A stretch of DNA of 64,000 bases from Methylobacter sp. (GTDB taxonomy: Bacteria > Pseudomonadota > Gammaproteobacteria > Methylococcales > Methylomonadaceae): contig NZ_JAUXVR010000009.1 of the NCBI RefSeq assembly GCF_030680395.1, forward strand, positions 39,931-103,930, given 5' to 3'. The notes beneath the pieces were generated by a model. It searched no databases, was not told where the DNA came from, and was given only the letters and a program-made list of their open reading frames with translations. Each line of letters starts with the position of its first letter. Position 1 is the stretch's first letter. A program made the translations under genes and the position numbers. Below, one piece after another: positions 37,016 to 46,034 of the stretch.

Positions 37016-37612
37016 GCCCACTCCTTAGCTCATCGGCTTGAGTAAATTTCGTTGGAGGTACAAATACGATAATCTGCGGATTCATGTTAGGGGATAATCA
37101 CGATACGCAGGACGAATAGCACGAAGTCCATAGCTCAAAAAGTAAGTAGATTGATCAATAAAACCACGAGGAACGCAAACGACTGCTCCCGCATTACTAT
37201 CGATCACTATTCCGGATAGCGATTCTACCTCCCGCTATCCCATGGGGCCCTACCTTCTCCGTAAAGCGCCCTCCATCCTTGGGGGGTGCCGCGCTATCTA
37301 CATCCTTGCAGGAATCCCTTTGGAGAAAGAGCAACCGTACTTAGGTAGGCACCCCTGCTGTAGAATAGAGAGTTCAATTTCTTCGAGCAATAAGTGCCAT
37401 TACCTAGCAGAAAAAACCGATACCGGATCAATACCTTACATCGTCGAAGCCTCTTATTTTTTTGAATTTAAGGTTAAGTCTTCTGCCTGCCCCTGCTAAA
37501 GCGGAAGACCAAAAATCGATTGAAAAATCCGTCAAAGCCGATAGACTCCTGTACTACCAACGCGATAATGGAATAGACTCCATCCCTCACTCATTCAACA
37601 CTCATCAAATCC

Positions 37613-38548
37613 ATGAAAAAAATTCCTATCGGCATCAGCGGTTGTTTATTGGGTCAAAATGTCCGTTTTGATGGAGGACACAAGCGCGATTCTTATATCA
37701 CAGGCACCCTGACTGAATACTTTGAGTTCCATCCCTTCTGCCCGGAAGTAGAAATAGGCCTGGGTACGCCTCGGCCAACCATTCACCTGGTAAAAATTGA
37801 CAATACAATACGCTGTGTGGGTATTAAAGACCCTGAAATGGATGTAACCGAGCGATTACGCAGCCATGCTGAACATCAAAAAGAGCTGCACGCCGACTTA
37901 TGCGGTTATATTTTAAAAAAGGATTCGCCCAGTTGCGGCATGGAGAGAGTGAAGGTTTATGCTGGCGCTCAACCGCACAAAGATGGCGTCGGCATTTATG
38001 CCGAAGTGATGATGCGCAATAACCCGCTGTTACCGGTAGAGGAAGAAGGCCGACTGGGCGACGCCGGACTGCGCGAGAATTTTATCCAGCGCGTTTATGT
38101 GCTCTACCGCTGGAAATTAATGCTGGCAGAGGGATTAACGCCAAACAGCCTGACTAATTTTCATGCGCGTCATAAACTCATCATCATGAGTCATGAAGAT
38201 TATCGCGACCTGGGGCAACTATTGGCAGGACTCACCAAAACCAATCTTGCCGACGTTGCGGAACAATACATTTTGCAGCTGATGACGACCCTTAAAAAGG
38301 TCGCTACCCGCAAGAACCATGTCAATGTCTTGCAACATATTCAAGGCTACTTAAAAAAGACGCTAAGCGCTGACGATAAAGCCGAACTTTGCGAAGTGAT
38401 TGAACGTTATCGTAATGGCTACGTTCCGTTGATAGTGCCTTTAACCCTGCTTAAACATCATTTCCGTAAAACGCCCGATCCGTACATCGAAGAGTCCTAT
38501 TACATGTCGCCTTATCCGCAAGAACTGCAACTCATCAATCAATTATAA
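37613..38548 (+). CDS. DUF523 + DUF1722 (YbgA-like) fusion protein
   Basis: The N-terminus reads IGISGCLLGQNVRFDGGHK (DUF523). The C-terminal half is YbgA-like (FHARHKLIIMSH...LQHIQGYLKK). Confidence 0.78.
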   Translation: MKKIPIGISGCLLGQNVRFDGGHKRDSYITGTLTEYFEFHPFCPEVEIGLGTPRPTIHLVKIDNTIRCVGIKDPEMDVTERLRSHAEHQKELHADLCGYILKKDSPSCGMERVKVYAGAQPHKDGVGIYAEVMMRNNPLLPVEEEGRLGDAGLRENFIQRVYVLYRWKLMLAEGLTPNSLTNFHARHKLIIMSHEDYRDLGQLLAGLTKTNLADVAEQYILQLMTTLKKVATRKNHVNVLQHIQGYLKKTLSADDKAELCEVIERYRNGYVPLIVPLTLLKHHFRKTPDPYIEESYYMSPYPQELQLINQL

Positions 38549-38550
38549 GC

Positions 38551-39390
38551 ATGGCAAAAATTTTAATTGTCGGCTGCGGCGCGATAGGTTCGGAACTTGC
38601 CGGGGTTTTATCGGCCCAAGGTCATGATGTCACCGGGCTAAAACGCAAACCGCCTTTATCCGCGTCCTGCTCTATCGAATATATCGCTGCCGATATAAGC
38701 TCATCCGCCGACCTGGCAGATTTGGACACCGATTTTACGCAGGCGTTTTTTATTGTTTCGCCTGACGGGCGCAATGAACAAAGCTATCGCGCTGTTTATG
38801 AAACCGGCTTAAATAACCTGCTCGCCAAGCTGCCCGAAACACATTGGCTAATGATCTCGTCCACCAGCGTTTACAGGCAGTCGCAAGGCGAATGGGTCGA
38901 TGAAGATTCAGTCGCAGAGCCGGACAATATCACCAGCCGGTTGATCAGACAGGCCGAACAAACATTGATGGATTTGAACCCTGCTAATATCGTGGTGCGC
39001 TTTTCCGGCATTTACGGGCCGAAGCGAGAATACCTGTTAAGACTGGCGATGCAAGCTCCGGCCATACAGCAAACCCCAGCTTATTTTACCAACCGGATAC
39101 ATCAGCAGGATTGCGTCGGTGTTTTATCTTTTTTACTGGAACAGCGCTTGACGGGAAATAACTTGGCTCAATGCTATCTGGCCAGCGATGATGATCCGGC
39201 ACCGACCTGGGAAGTAATGACCTGGCTGGCAGATCGCCTGCATTGCCAGCCGCCGACTGTTAAAGCAGTCGATGCGGATGCCGGAATGAATAAGCGCTGT
39301 AGCAATACTCGCTTAAAAGCGTTGGGTTATCGGTTTCAATATCCAAGCTATAAAGACGGCTATATGGAATTAATCGCCGCACGGAAATAA
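38551..39390 (+). CDS. NAD(P)-binding Rossmann-fold (SDR/epimerase-like) protein
   Basis: The N-terminus is ILIVGCGAIGSELA. It starts 3 nt after the preceding gene. Confidence 0.7.
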   Translation: MAKILIVGCGAIGSELAGVLSAQGHDVTGLKRKPPLSASCSIEYIAADISSSADLADLDTDFTQAFFIVSPDGRNEQSYRAVYETGLNNLLAKLPETHWLMISSTSVYRQSQGEWVDEDSVAEPDNITSRLIRQAEQTLMDLNPANIVVRFSGIYGPKREYLLRLAMQAPAIQQTPAYFTNRIHQQDCVGVLSFLLEQRLTGNNLAQCYLASDDDPAPTWEVMTWLADRLHCQPPTVKAVDADAGMNKRCSNTRLKALGYRFQYPSYKDGYMELIAARK

Positions 39391-39396
39391 TTTTTT

Positions 39397-39457
39397 CACC
39401 ACGAAGACACGAAGGAGAAGCAATGCAAGACTTCGTGTTCTTCGTGCCTTCGTGGTG
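39397..39457. repeat. CACCACGAAG...CTTCGTGGTG hairpin repeat, copy 3
   Basis: CACCACGAAGACACGAAGGAG...CTTCGTGTTCTTCGTGCCTTCGTGGTG lies in a convergent gap. Confidence 0.8.
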
Positions 39458-39475
39458 TTCTTTTAATTTACGCCC

Positions 39476-40570
39476 TCATGCACCCGCATACTTCGGATAA
39501 TCGGTATAACCCTTTTCATCGCCGCCATAAAAAGTCGCCTGATCGGGCGTATTCAGCGACAGGTTTTTTGCGAACCGCTCAGGTAAATCCGGGTTAGCGA
39601 TAAATAATTTACCAAACGCCACCATGTCTGCATGGTTCTGTTCAATGGCCTTGTCGCCGCGTTCCAAATCGTAACCGTTATTAGCCATATAAAGACCTGC
39701 AAAACAGTTTCTTAATGCCACATAATCCAGCTGCCGCTCACCGGTCATCATGTCGCCTTCCAGAACATGCAGATAGGCCAACGGATAGTCGGATAATCTT
39801 TTGGCGACAGCATTAAAAGTCTGTTGCGGCTGACTGTCTTCAATATCATTAAAGCTGTTTTCCGGCGACACTCGCACACCGACGCGATGGGCTCCCCAGA
39901 CAGCGATAGTTGTCTCAACAACTTCAACCAATAAACGCATCCGGTTGGCAATGTCGCCGCCGTAATCGTCTTCCCGACGGTTGCTACCGTCTCTTAAAAA
40001 CTGATCCAATAAATAACCGTTGGCGGCATGAATCTCCACGCCATCGAAACCGGCTGCTTTGGCATTTTGTGCCGCAGCGGCGTACTCGGCAACAATACCC
40101 GGCAACTCGTCGAGGGTTAGCGCATGCGGCGTTTCAAAATCCTGCAAACCCTGATAGGTCATAACCTGACCGGCGGCTTTCAGCGCAGAGGGCGCAACCG
40201 GCAAAATATGATCGGGTTGCAGCGATGAATGGGAGATTCTGCCGGTATGCCAGAGCTGGATAAAAATCCGGCCGCCTTCCTGATGAACAGCATCGGTGAC
40301 ACGCTTCCAGCCTGCAACCTGCGCTTCGGAATGAATGCCCGGAGTTCCAGGGTAGCCAATGCCGCTAGCCGATATTTGGCTGCCTTCGCTAATAATCAAT
40401 CCGGCCCCGGCTCGTTGCCGGTAATATTCAATATTCATGTCCTGAGGCACATTACCCTCGCCCGCCCTGTTGCGCGTCAAAGGCGCCATAATGATCCGGT
40501 TGGCTAACGCCAGTTCCCCCAACAATATCGGCGAAAACAGATTGTTTTTATCATTTGTCACTGATGTCAT
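39476..40570 (-). CDS. NADH:flavin oxidoreductase, Old Yellow Enzyme family (N-ethylmaleimide reductase-like)
   Basis: 364 aa with OYE motifs: LANRIIMAPLTRNRA, IFIQLWHTGR, GFDGVEIHAANGYLLDQF and YGG. Confidence 0.88.
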   Translation of the reverse strand: MTSVTNDKNNLFSPILLGELALANRIIMAPLTRNRAGEGNVPQDMNIEYYRQRAGAGLIISEGSQISASGIGYPGTPGIHSEAQVAGWKRVTDAVHQEGGRIFIQLWHTGRISHSSLQPDHILPVAPSALKAAGQVMTYQGLQDFETPHALTLDELPGIVAEYAAAAQNAKAAGFDGVEIHAANGYLLDQFLRDGSNRREDDYGGDIANRMRLLVEVVETTIAVWGAHRVGVRVSPENSFNDIEDSQPQQTFNAVAKRLSDYPLAYLHVLEGDMMTGERQLDYVALRNCFAGLYMANNGYDLERGDKAIEQNHADMVAFGKLFIANPDLPERFAKNLSLNTPDQATFYGGDEKGYTDYPKYAGA

Positions 40571-40798
40571 GATGCCCTCGAATTTGAATAACGTAATACA
40601 GATAACTTTTAAAACCCAACGACAAACGCTGTAGCCTCACTTATAAAGACCATCTTTATTTTTGTATTAGATCATCAAACTGTATTTTCTGCATGTTTGT
40701 AACCTCGTCAAATCTCGCAAGCCCCCAACCTTGAAGCGTCCAGACCTAAGTATCAGTCGTCCCGACTTTGTTAGATTCAGTAACATCAAATTTTTTCT

Positions 40799-40848
40799 CT
40801 TGAAACACTGAACCGCCTTGGTTTCAAGCTGTTTTTTCAGTATTTTTT
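40799..40848 (+). terminator. orphan plus-strand hairpin plus T tract between two minus-strand genes
   Basis: CTTGAAAC-(14 nt)-GTTTCAAG followed by CTGTTTTTTCAGTATTTTTT. No plus-strand ORF lies upstream. Confidence 0.35.
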
Positions 40849-40869
40849 GTCTGGACAATGGGGTCCACT

Positions 40870-42228
40870 TTAATTAGAAGTGTCCGGTTTTAAAACCATT
40901 TCATTATTCCCTCTGCCAATCCCATAATAAGTAATACCTTGTCTTTTAAGCAGTTCGGGCTGATATAGGTTTCTGCCGTCAAAGATTACTCTGTCTTTCA
41001 AGGTATTTTTTATATGGTCAAAATCAGGACTCCAAAAGTTTTTCCATTCTGTTACAACTATTAATGCATCTGCGCCTTGTAATGCCTCATCAGCTGTTTT
41101 GACCAAACTCAAACCGGACTTGTTGCCGTAAATTCGTTTTGCTTCATCCATAGCTTCCGGATCAAAGGCTTGAACGCTTGCGCCTGCATTAATTAATGCT
41201 TCCAATATGATGCGACTTGGCGCTTCCCTCATATCATCCGTTTTAGGCTTAAATGCCAGCCCCCAAAGTGCAAAAACTTTTTCTTTAACATCGCCGTTAT
41301 AATGTTGCAGCACTTTATTAATAATGACCTGTTTTTGGCGGTCATTAACATTTTCGACTGCATTAAGTAATTCCGCCTTATAGCCAACCTGTTTTGCAGT
41401 ACGCTCCAGAGCTTTAACGTCTTTAGGAAAACAAGAACCACCGTAACCACAGCCTGGATAGATAAATGAATAACCTATGCGTGAATCAGAGCCTATGCCG
41501 GTTCTGACATGTTCGATATCTGCGCCTAACAATTCGGCTAGATTGGCAAGTTCATTCATAAAACTAATTTTGGTTGCCAGCATTGCATTAGCCGCATACT
41601 TAGTGAGTTCGGCTGAACGAATATCCATGACGATGACTCTATCGTGATTACGATTAAATGGCGCATAAAGCGCTTTTAATAATTCTGCCGTTCTTGGATT
41701 ATCCGTTCCCACAATAATTCTGTCAGGCTTCATAAAGTCAGTAATCGCAGCACCTTCTTTTAGAAACTCAGGATTTGAGACCACATCAAAATCAACATTA
41801 ACACCACACTCTTTCTGGACTTGAAGCATGACCTCCTTCACTTTATCGGCAGTGCCGACAGGTACCGTCGACTTATCAATGACAATACGATATTCGGTCA
41901 TATTTTCAGCAATCGATTTAGCGACAGCTAAAACATATTGTAAGTCTGCCGCACCATCTTCATCCGGAGGAGTTCCCACAGCGATAAACTGAAAAACGCC
42001 GTGACTGACTGCTTCTTGTATATCGGTGGTGAATCTTATCCGGCCGGCTTGCTGATTTTCTATGACCAACGCTTCTAAACCAGGCTCATAAATTGGGATA
42101 ATGCCTTTTTTTAAGTTGTCGATTTTTTCTTGATCGACATCGATGCAAACCACATCATTCCCAGCCTCGGCTAAACAAACGCCTGTGACCAAGCCTACAT
42201 AGCCGGAACCAAATACCGTTACTTTCAT
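40870..42228 (-). CDS. ugd: UDP-glucose 6-dehydrogenase
   Basis: 452 aa. The N-terminus is [12 protein letters not shown] and the catalytic Cys region is [11 protein letters not shown]. Confidence 0.92.
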   Translation of the reverse strand: MKVTVFGSGYVGLVTGVCLAEAGNDVVCIDVDQEKIDNLKKGIIPIYEPGLEALVIENQQAGRIRFTTDIQEAVSHGVFQFIAVGTPPDEDGAADLQYVLAVAKSIAENMTEYRIVIDKSTVPVGTADKVKEVMLQVQKECGVNVDFDVVSNPEFLKEGAAITDFMKPDRIIVGTDNPRTAELLKALYAPFNRNHDRVIVMDIRSAELTKYAANAMLATKISFMNELANLAELLGADIEHVRTGIGSDSRIGYSFIYPGCGYGGSCFPKDVKALERTAKQVGYKAELLNAVENVNDRQKQVIINKVLQHYNGDVKEKVFALWGLAFKPKTDDMREAPSRIILEALINAGASVQAFDPEAMDEAKRIYGNKSGLSLVKTADEALQGADALIVVTEWKNFWSPDFDHIKNTLKDRVIFDGRNLYQPELLKRQGITYYGIGRGNNEMVLKPDTSN

Positions 42229-42702
42229 TACTACGTCCTTAAATTTTAATTGATTGAGAAAAGATTTTAGATTGACTCCTGAGGCATACCTCAGAAAATA
42301 ACCTTATAAAACAACAAACTGTTTGATATTTTGCGGCATCAATATCTGCAACATAGCCGGAAAGTCGTCATGCCGGCAGGGATGCCAGTATCCAGTCACA
42401 TGGATATGAAGCTTTAAAATACAACCCGCGTTCATTAAGCGCCTGACAAGTCACAAAGTTACCGTCCCCTTCGACTACGCTCAGGACAGGCATGGCACTG
42501 GGTTCCGGCATAACCCACAGGGATGTGGGGAATGCAGATATTGCAGGAGCAAATATCTGTCCCTGCCGGAACGACGAACTTGGAAAATTCGTGGGCATAC
42601 CTCAGGATTGACTCTAATTTTTGGATATTCTGAAACCTGGAGCGATTGCGCCCTATGGTCCAAGTCAGGATCATGAGCCATTGCCTTGTTTCGAAACATA
42701 TC

Positions 42703-43815
42703 TTATTTCCTTGCGTTGATAAAAACCGCCTTGATAGCCCATTGGGATGGCATTTCAAAAAATCGCCAGCAAAAATAGCAGCACGGAATAAATAACATTA
42801 AAAAAACATACCCTGCAGTCGGAGTAAATACGCCAATCTTTGCGCCCCAAAAAACCACGGACAAACCGGAGAATAAAACAATAGATGGCGTTTGCAAAAG
42901 ATAGACAGAGTAAGATATATCGCCGATAAATTGAGCGATTGCTTTAGTCTTGCCGACAACGTTAGAGTTAACGCTAACGATAAGAATCACTGGAAAAACA
43001 AGCGTGATAATGACGAGGTCGTAAATCCATCCCAAGTCGAATTGCAGCGTAAAAACAAACAAAATCGCCATCGAAACCAGCCAAAAGGCTGAAACCCTAA
43101 ATCGCTCGAATACTCTGCCGCTAAAAATCACTAATCCGAGAATAAAGGAGTAAAACACCCGTGCAAAACCGTAAATAAAGTTTTGGCTCGACCAGCCAAC
43201 GTCCAGACCGTGGTTTGAAAATGCACTCCAAAACAAAGCGCACCACGAAACCAACAGTACAATAAGCAAATATTTATTTAGCAATCTACGAAAAAAAACA
43301 AAATAAACAATATTAATCATCAACTCAAAAAATATTGACCAAGCCGCACCATTAAAAATATAGAGCCTGTCAATCGAATAAGGCTGAAAAAAACTGGGCA
43401 GCATTAAAGCGTTAAAAGCCACCGATCCAATGAGAGGAAGCGTATCAAGATAGTGAAAGTCTTGATACAGCTTTGCCCCCATCACAAAAAAACCAATGGA
43501 TACTGAGGCCGCTAACAGGGGCCATAAGCGCGCTAACCGGGCGATTAAAAACTGCCTGAATAATATTTTAGGTCTGGCCTCTAATGAATAATTAGCCGCA
43601 ATCACAAAGCCACTAAGAGCAAAGAAAAAATCCACGCATAAATAGGCTTTTGGCAGAATGACTCCTCTGGCATCAAAAAGAAAGTCCGTGTGATAAAGAA
43701 GGACGCAAATTGCCGCAACGCCCCTCAATAGGTCCAGTGACGCATAATGTGGAGCTGCTTTATTGACACCTCCCAGCGGTTTATTCATTTCGTGTTGAAT
43801 TAAAATATTACTCAT
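42703..43815 (-). CDS. acyltransferase family 3 (polysaccharide O-acyltransferase, OafA/WecH-like)
   Basis: 370 aa and polytopic. The N-terminal motif reads LDLLRGVAAICVLLYH. Confidence 0.8.
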   Translation of the reverse strand: MSNILIQHEMNKPLGGVNKAAPHYASLDLLRGVAAICVLLYHTDFLFDARGVILPKAYLCVDFFFALSGFVIAANYSLEARPKILFRQFLIARLARLWPLLAASVSIGFFVMGAKLYQDFHYLDTLPLIGSVAFNALMLPSFFQPYSIDRLYIFNGAAWSIFFELMINIVYFVFFRRLLNKYLLIVLLVSWCALFWSAFSNHGLDVGWSSQNFIYGFARVFYSFILGLVIFSGRVFERFRVSAFWLVSMAILFVFTLQFDLGWIYDLVIITLVFPVILIVSVNSNVVGKTKAIAQFIGDISYSVYLLQTPSIVLFSGLSVVFWGAKIGVFTPTAGYVFLMLFIPCCYFCWRFFEMPSQWAIKAVFINARK

Positions 43816-43873
43816 AACGGCCCTAAAAATATTTAATGAAACAGTAGTAACAGACTAGAATCATTCAATTTTT

Positions 43874-44875
43874 TCACTGCAATCTTTGGCGAATTTGTTG
43901 CATCTGGGGCCGGTCAACACCATTAATCGGCTCTAGCGACAGCACATAGGCATCTGACCACCACATTCCGCCGGCCCAATAAAACCAACCCAAACAATTC
44001 TGGTCAGCCACATCCAAAAATTTATCCAGCGCCAGCAGCCACCTTGGATCATTCCCAGGTACGCCCCACTCGCCGATCACACCACGCTGCCCATATTTTG
44101 CGAGCCAATCGATAAAAGGTTGCAAACGCTTTTCTACCAGCAGCGGCAAATTAACGGTATCATCAAGAGAGGTCAAATAACGGCCGGAGTAATCAGCATC
44201 AAAATAGACATGGGCTTCGTATACCACCAGCCCGCTGGGATCGGTAACAAAAGGGGTGGGATTAACGCTAGGCCAGCGGTGAGCATTACTCCAGCCATCA
44301 CCTGCCACATAAATATAATGGGAGGGGTCGATCATCCTGACGCCATCGACACCGGCTTGAGCCACCTGGTGCCAACGCCCCCCGGTATCGTGAGGCTCAT
44401 TCATCAGTCCATAGGCAAGTAATGCACGGTGATTGCCCACTGCCTGCGCCAGCCGTTTCCACACGTCGCGAAATGCCTTCGCTGGAACAGCCTCTGTACC
44501 GACAATATTTCCACGGTAACGGCCATAGTTATGTAAATCCAGCAGCACATGCTGATTCTGCAAGGATGCATCGTCCAGAAACTTGATGATCAGGGCCAGA
44601 TAGGCTGGGTCCAGTGCGCCGTACAGCACAGGCTGGAGCCGCTCCCAAATGAAAGGCAAACGAATCGCGTTAAACCTGGCTTCGTCGTAATACTGAATCT
44701 TGGCCGCCGTGGGAAATCTGTAATCGTAGTTTACTTTGCCTGGAATCCGGCCGGGGCCAAACTCGGCGCCTGCCAGATTGATACCACGCTCCGGCAATGC
44801 GCATTCCGCAGCCATGGCTGCTGTAGAACAGAGCCAATAAGCCTGGATTAGAATAAATATGATCACTTTGAACAT
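43874..44875 (-). CDS. secreted glycoside hydrolase family 5 (endoglucanase-like)
   Basis: It has a signal peptide, GINLAGAEFG, the catalytic acid/base NEP (GLMNEPHD) and a later EWG nucleophile region (GVIGEWGVPG). Confidence 0.82.
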   Translation of the reverse strand: MFKVIIFILIQAYWLCSTAAMAAECALPERGINLAGAEFGPGRIPGKVNYDYRFPTAAKIQYYDEARFNAIRLPFIWERLQPVLYGALDPAYLALIIKFLDDASLQNQHVLLDLHNYGRYRGNIVGTEAVPAKAFRDVWKRLAQAVGNHRALLAYGLMNEPHDTGGRWHQVAQAGVDGVRMIDPSHYIYVAGDGWSNAHRWPSVNPTPFVTDPSGLVVYEAHVYFDADYSGRYLTSLDDTVNLPLLVEKRLQPFIDWLAKYGQRGVIGEWGVPGNDPRWLLALDKFLDVADQNCLGWFYWAGGMWWSDAYVLSLEPINGVDRPQMQQIRQRLQ

Positions 44876-45022
44876 GTCACTAACTCCCGAATAAATTCGT
44901 TATATTTAATTAAGGTAAGGCATACTATTTTTTAGATGTCATCTATTCATCGGGCAACTCCCAGACCTGATTTAACAGCTCATTCAGAAGTAACTGACAA
45001 GGTCGCTACCCCCTCGTGCCTA

Positions 45023-45979
45023 TTATTTCGAAGGCTGTTCTGAACGATCCAGCGCTACATTTACCGGCGAATACTCCTGATGCGCATGACCGAAGGCACC
45101 GGCAACAGTACCGGCACCACGAAGGATATGAGTCATCGCGCGCATCCCGTAATAGGATGAAAAAAGTAACCCCGGCAACATAGCAACCCCAAAGCCTATC
45201 CGCATAAAGCCTTTCACCGCAACCAGTTTAGCCAAGCTCAGCGGTGTTCCGTCGAGCAGCTCAGTCACTGAAAAAGTATTTCCTAACCGATACTGACGCT
45301 GAACAATCCACCTCATTTTCAAACGGCTCATAGGAACCTCTTCGTACACAGGCGCACCGGCCGACCATACGATACGCATGCCCAAAGCAACAGCCTTACG
45401 GAAAAACATAAAGTCGGAACCTCCCGTCATTCGCATACGCTCGTCAAAACAATGCCGTGTCTTGCGAATAAATGCACGCGAAATCAATACATTATTCGTA
45501 GCCGCCTCTCTCAACTGCGCTTGGTCGGCAAATTGCCAGCTATCAAAGACTCGACTTTTAACTAACCACTGCGGCGCAGCTTCCGGGTAGACAGGAATGA
45601 CCGCGCCAAGCACACAATCTGCACCCGTCGCGCGTTGCGTTTTCAGCAATTCGTCAATCCAGGTATCGCCCGGCCACTCATCATCATCGATGAAGCAAAA
45701 GAACTCGGCGTCATCCGGCACCGCAGCAATGCCGGTATTGCGTGCAATGGGAATGCCTTGCGCCGGCTCGGAGATATAATGAACGTCCAACGTACTGCCT
45801 GATTGGAACCGTCCTATACTGGCTTTAGCCGAACATTCCTTGTCATTATCGACAACGATGGCCGTCACTCGGAAACTGCGTGCCTGATCGTGGCATTGCT
45901 GTCGATCCAAACCTTCCAGAACTCGAATCAAGCCCTGCGGGCGACGATAAGTGATGATAATTACAGCGACATTAATCAT
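45023..45979 (-). CDS. glycosyltransferase family 2
   Basis: The N-terminus VAVIIITYRRP is GT-A-like, the DxD-type motif is CFIDDDEWP, and there is a C-terminal membrane segment. Confidence 0.82.
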   Translation of the reverse strand: MINVAVIIITYRRPQGLIRVLEGLDRQQCHDQARSFRVTAIVVDNDKECSAKASIGRFQSGSTLDVHYISEPAQGIPIARNTGIAAVPDDAEFFCFIDDDEWPGDTWIDELLKTQRATGADCVLGAVIPVYPEAAPQWLVKSRVFDSWQFADQAQLREAATNNVLISRAFIRKTRHCFDERMRMTGGSDFMFFRKAVALGMRIVWSAGAPVYEEVPMSRLKMRWIVQRQYRLGNTFSVTELLDGTPLSLAKLVAVKGFMRIGFGVAMLPGLLFSSYYGMRAMTHILRGAGTVAGAFGHAHQEYSPVNVALDRSEQPSK

Positions 45980-46034
45980 AAATCCTCATTTTCAATATTT
46001 ATCCAGTACGGTATGACGTCATTTTTTGTGACTA

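Noticed and set aside
42229-42702. Possible MITE. Short shared blocks (ATTGACTC, CCTGAGG/CCTCAGG, CATACCTCAG) occur near 42271-42296 and 42596-42613. Internal inverted CCGGCAGGGA/TCCCTGCCGG and a CCTTCGAC..GCTCAGGACAGG half-site are also present. Three overlapping minus-strand ORFs of 72-99 aa lie here.
   Set aside because: The terminal blocks are partly direct and partly palindromic rather than a clean terminal inverted repeat, and I cannot define target-site duplications. The ORFs are repeat translations. The region is probably repeat debris plus the ugd promoter, so it is not called as a discrete element.
43291-43298. A8/T8 homopolymers inside coding regions as phase-variation switches. 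One is in the acyltransferase at 43291-43298 and another is in the sugar transferase at 58744-58751.
   Set aside because: The runs are short, lie in a generally AT-rich locus where such runs are expected, and encode Phe-Phe in hydrophobic membrane segments. Both genes are in frame.
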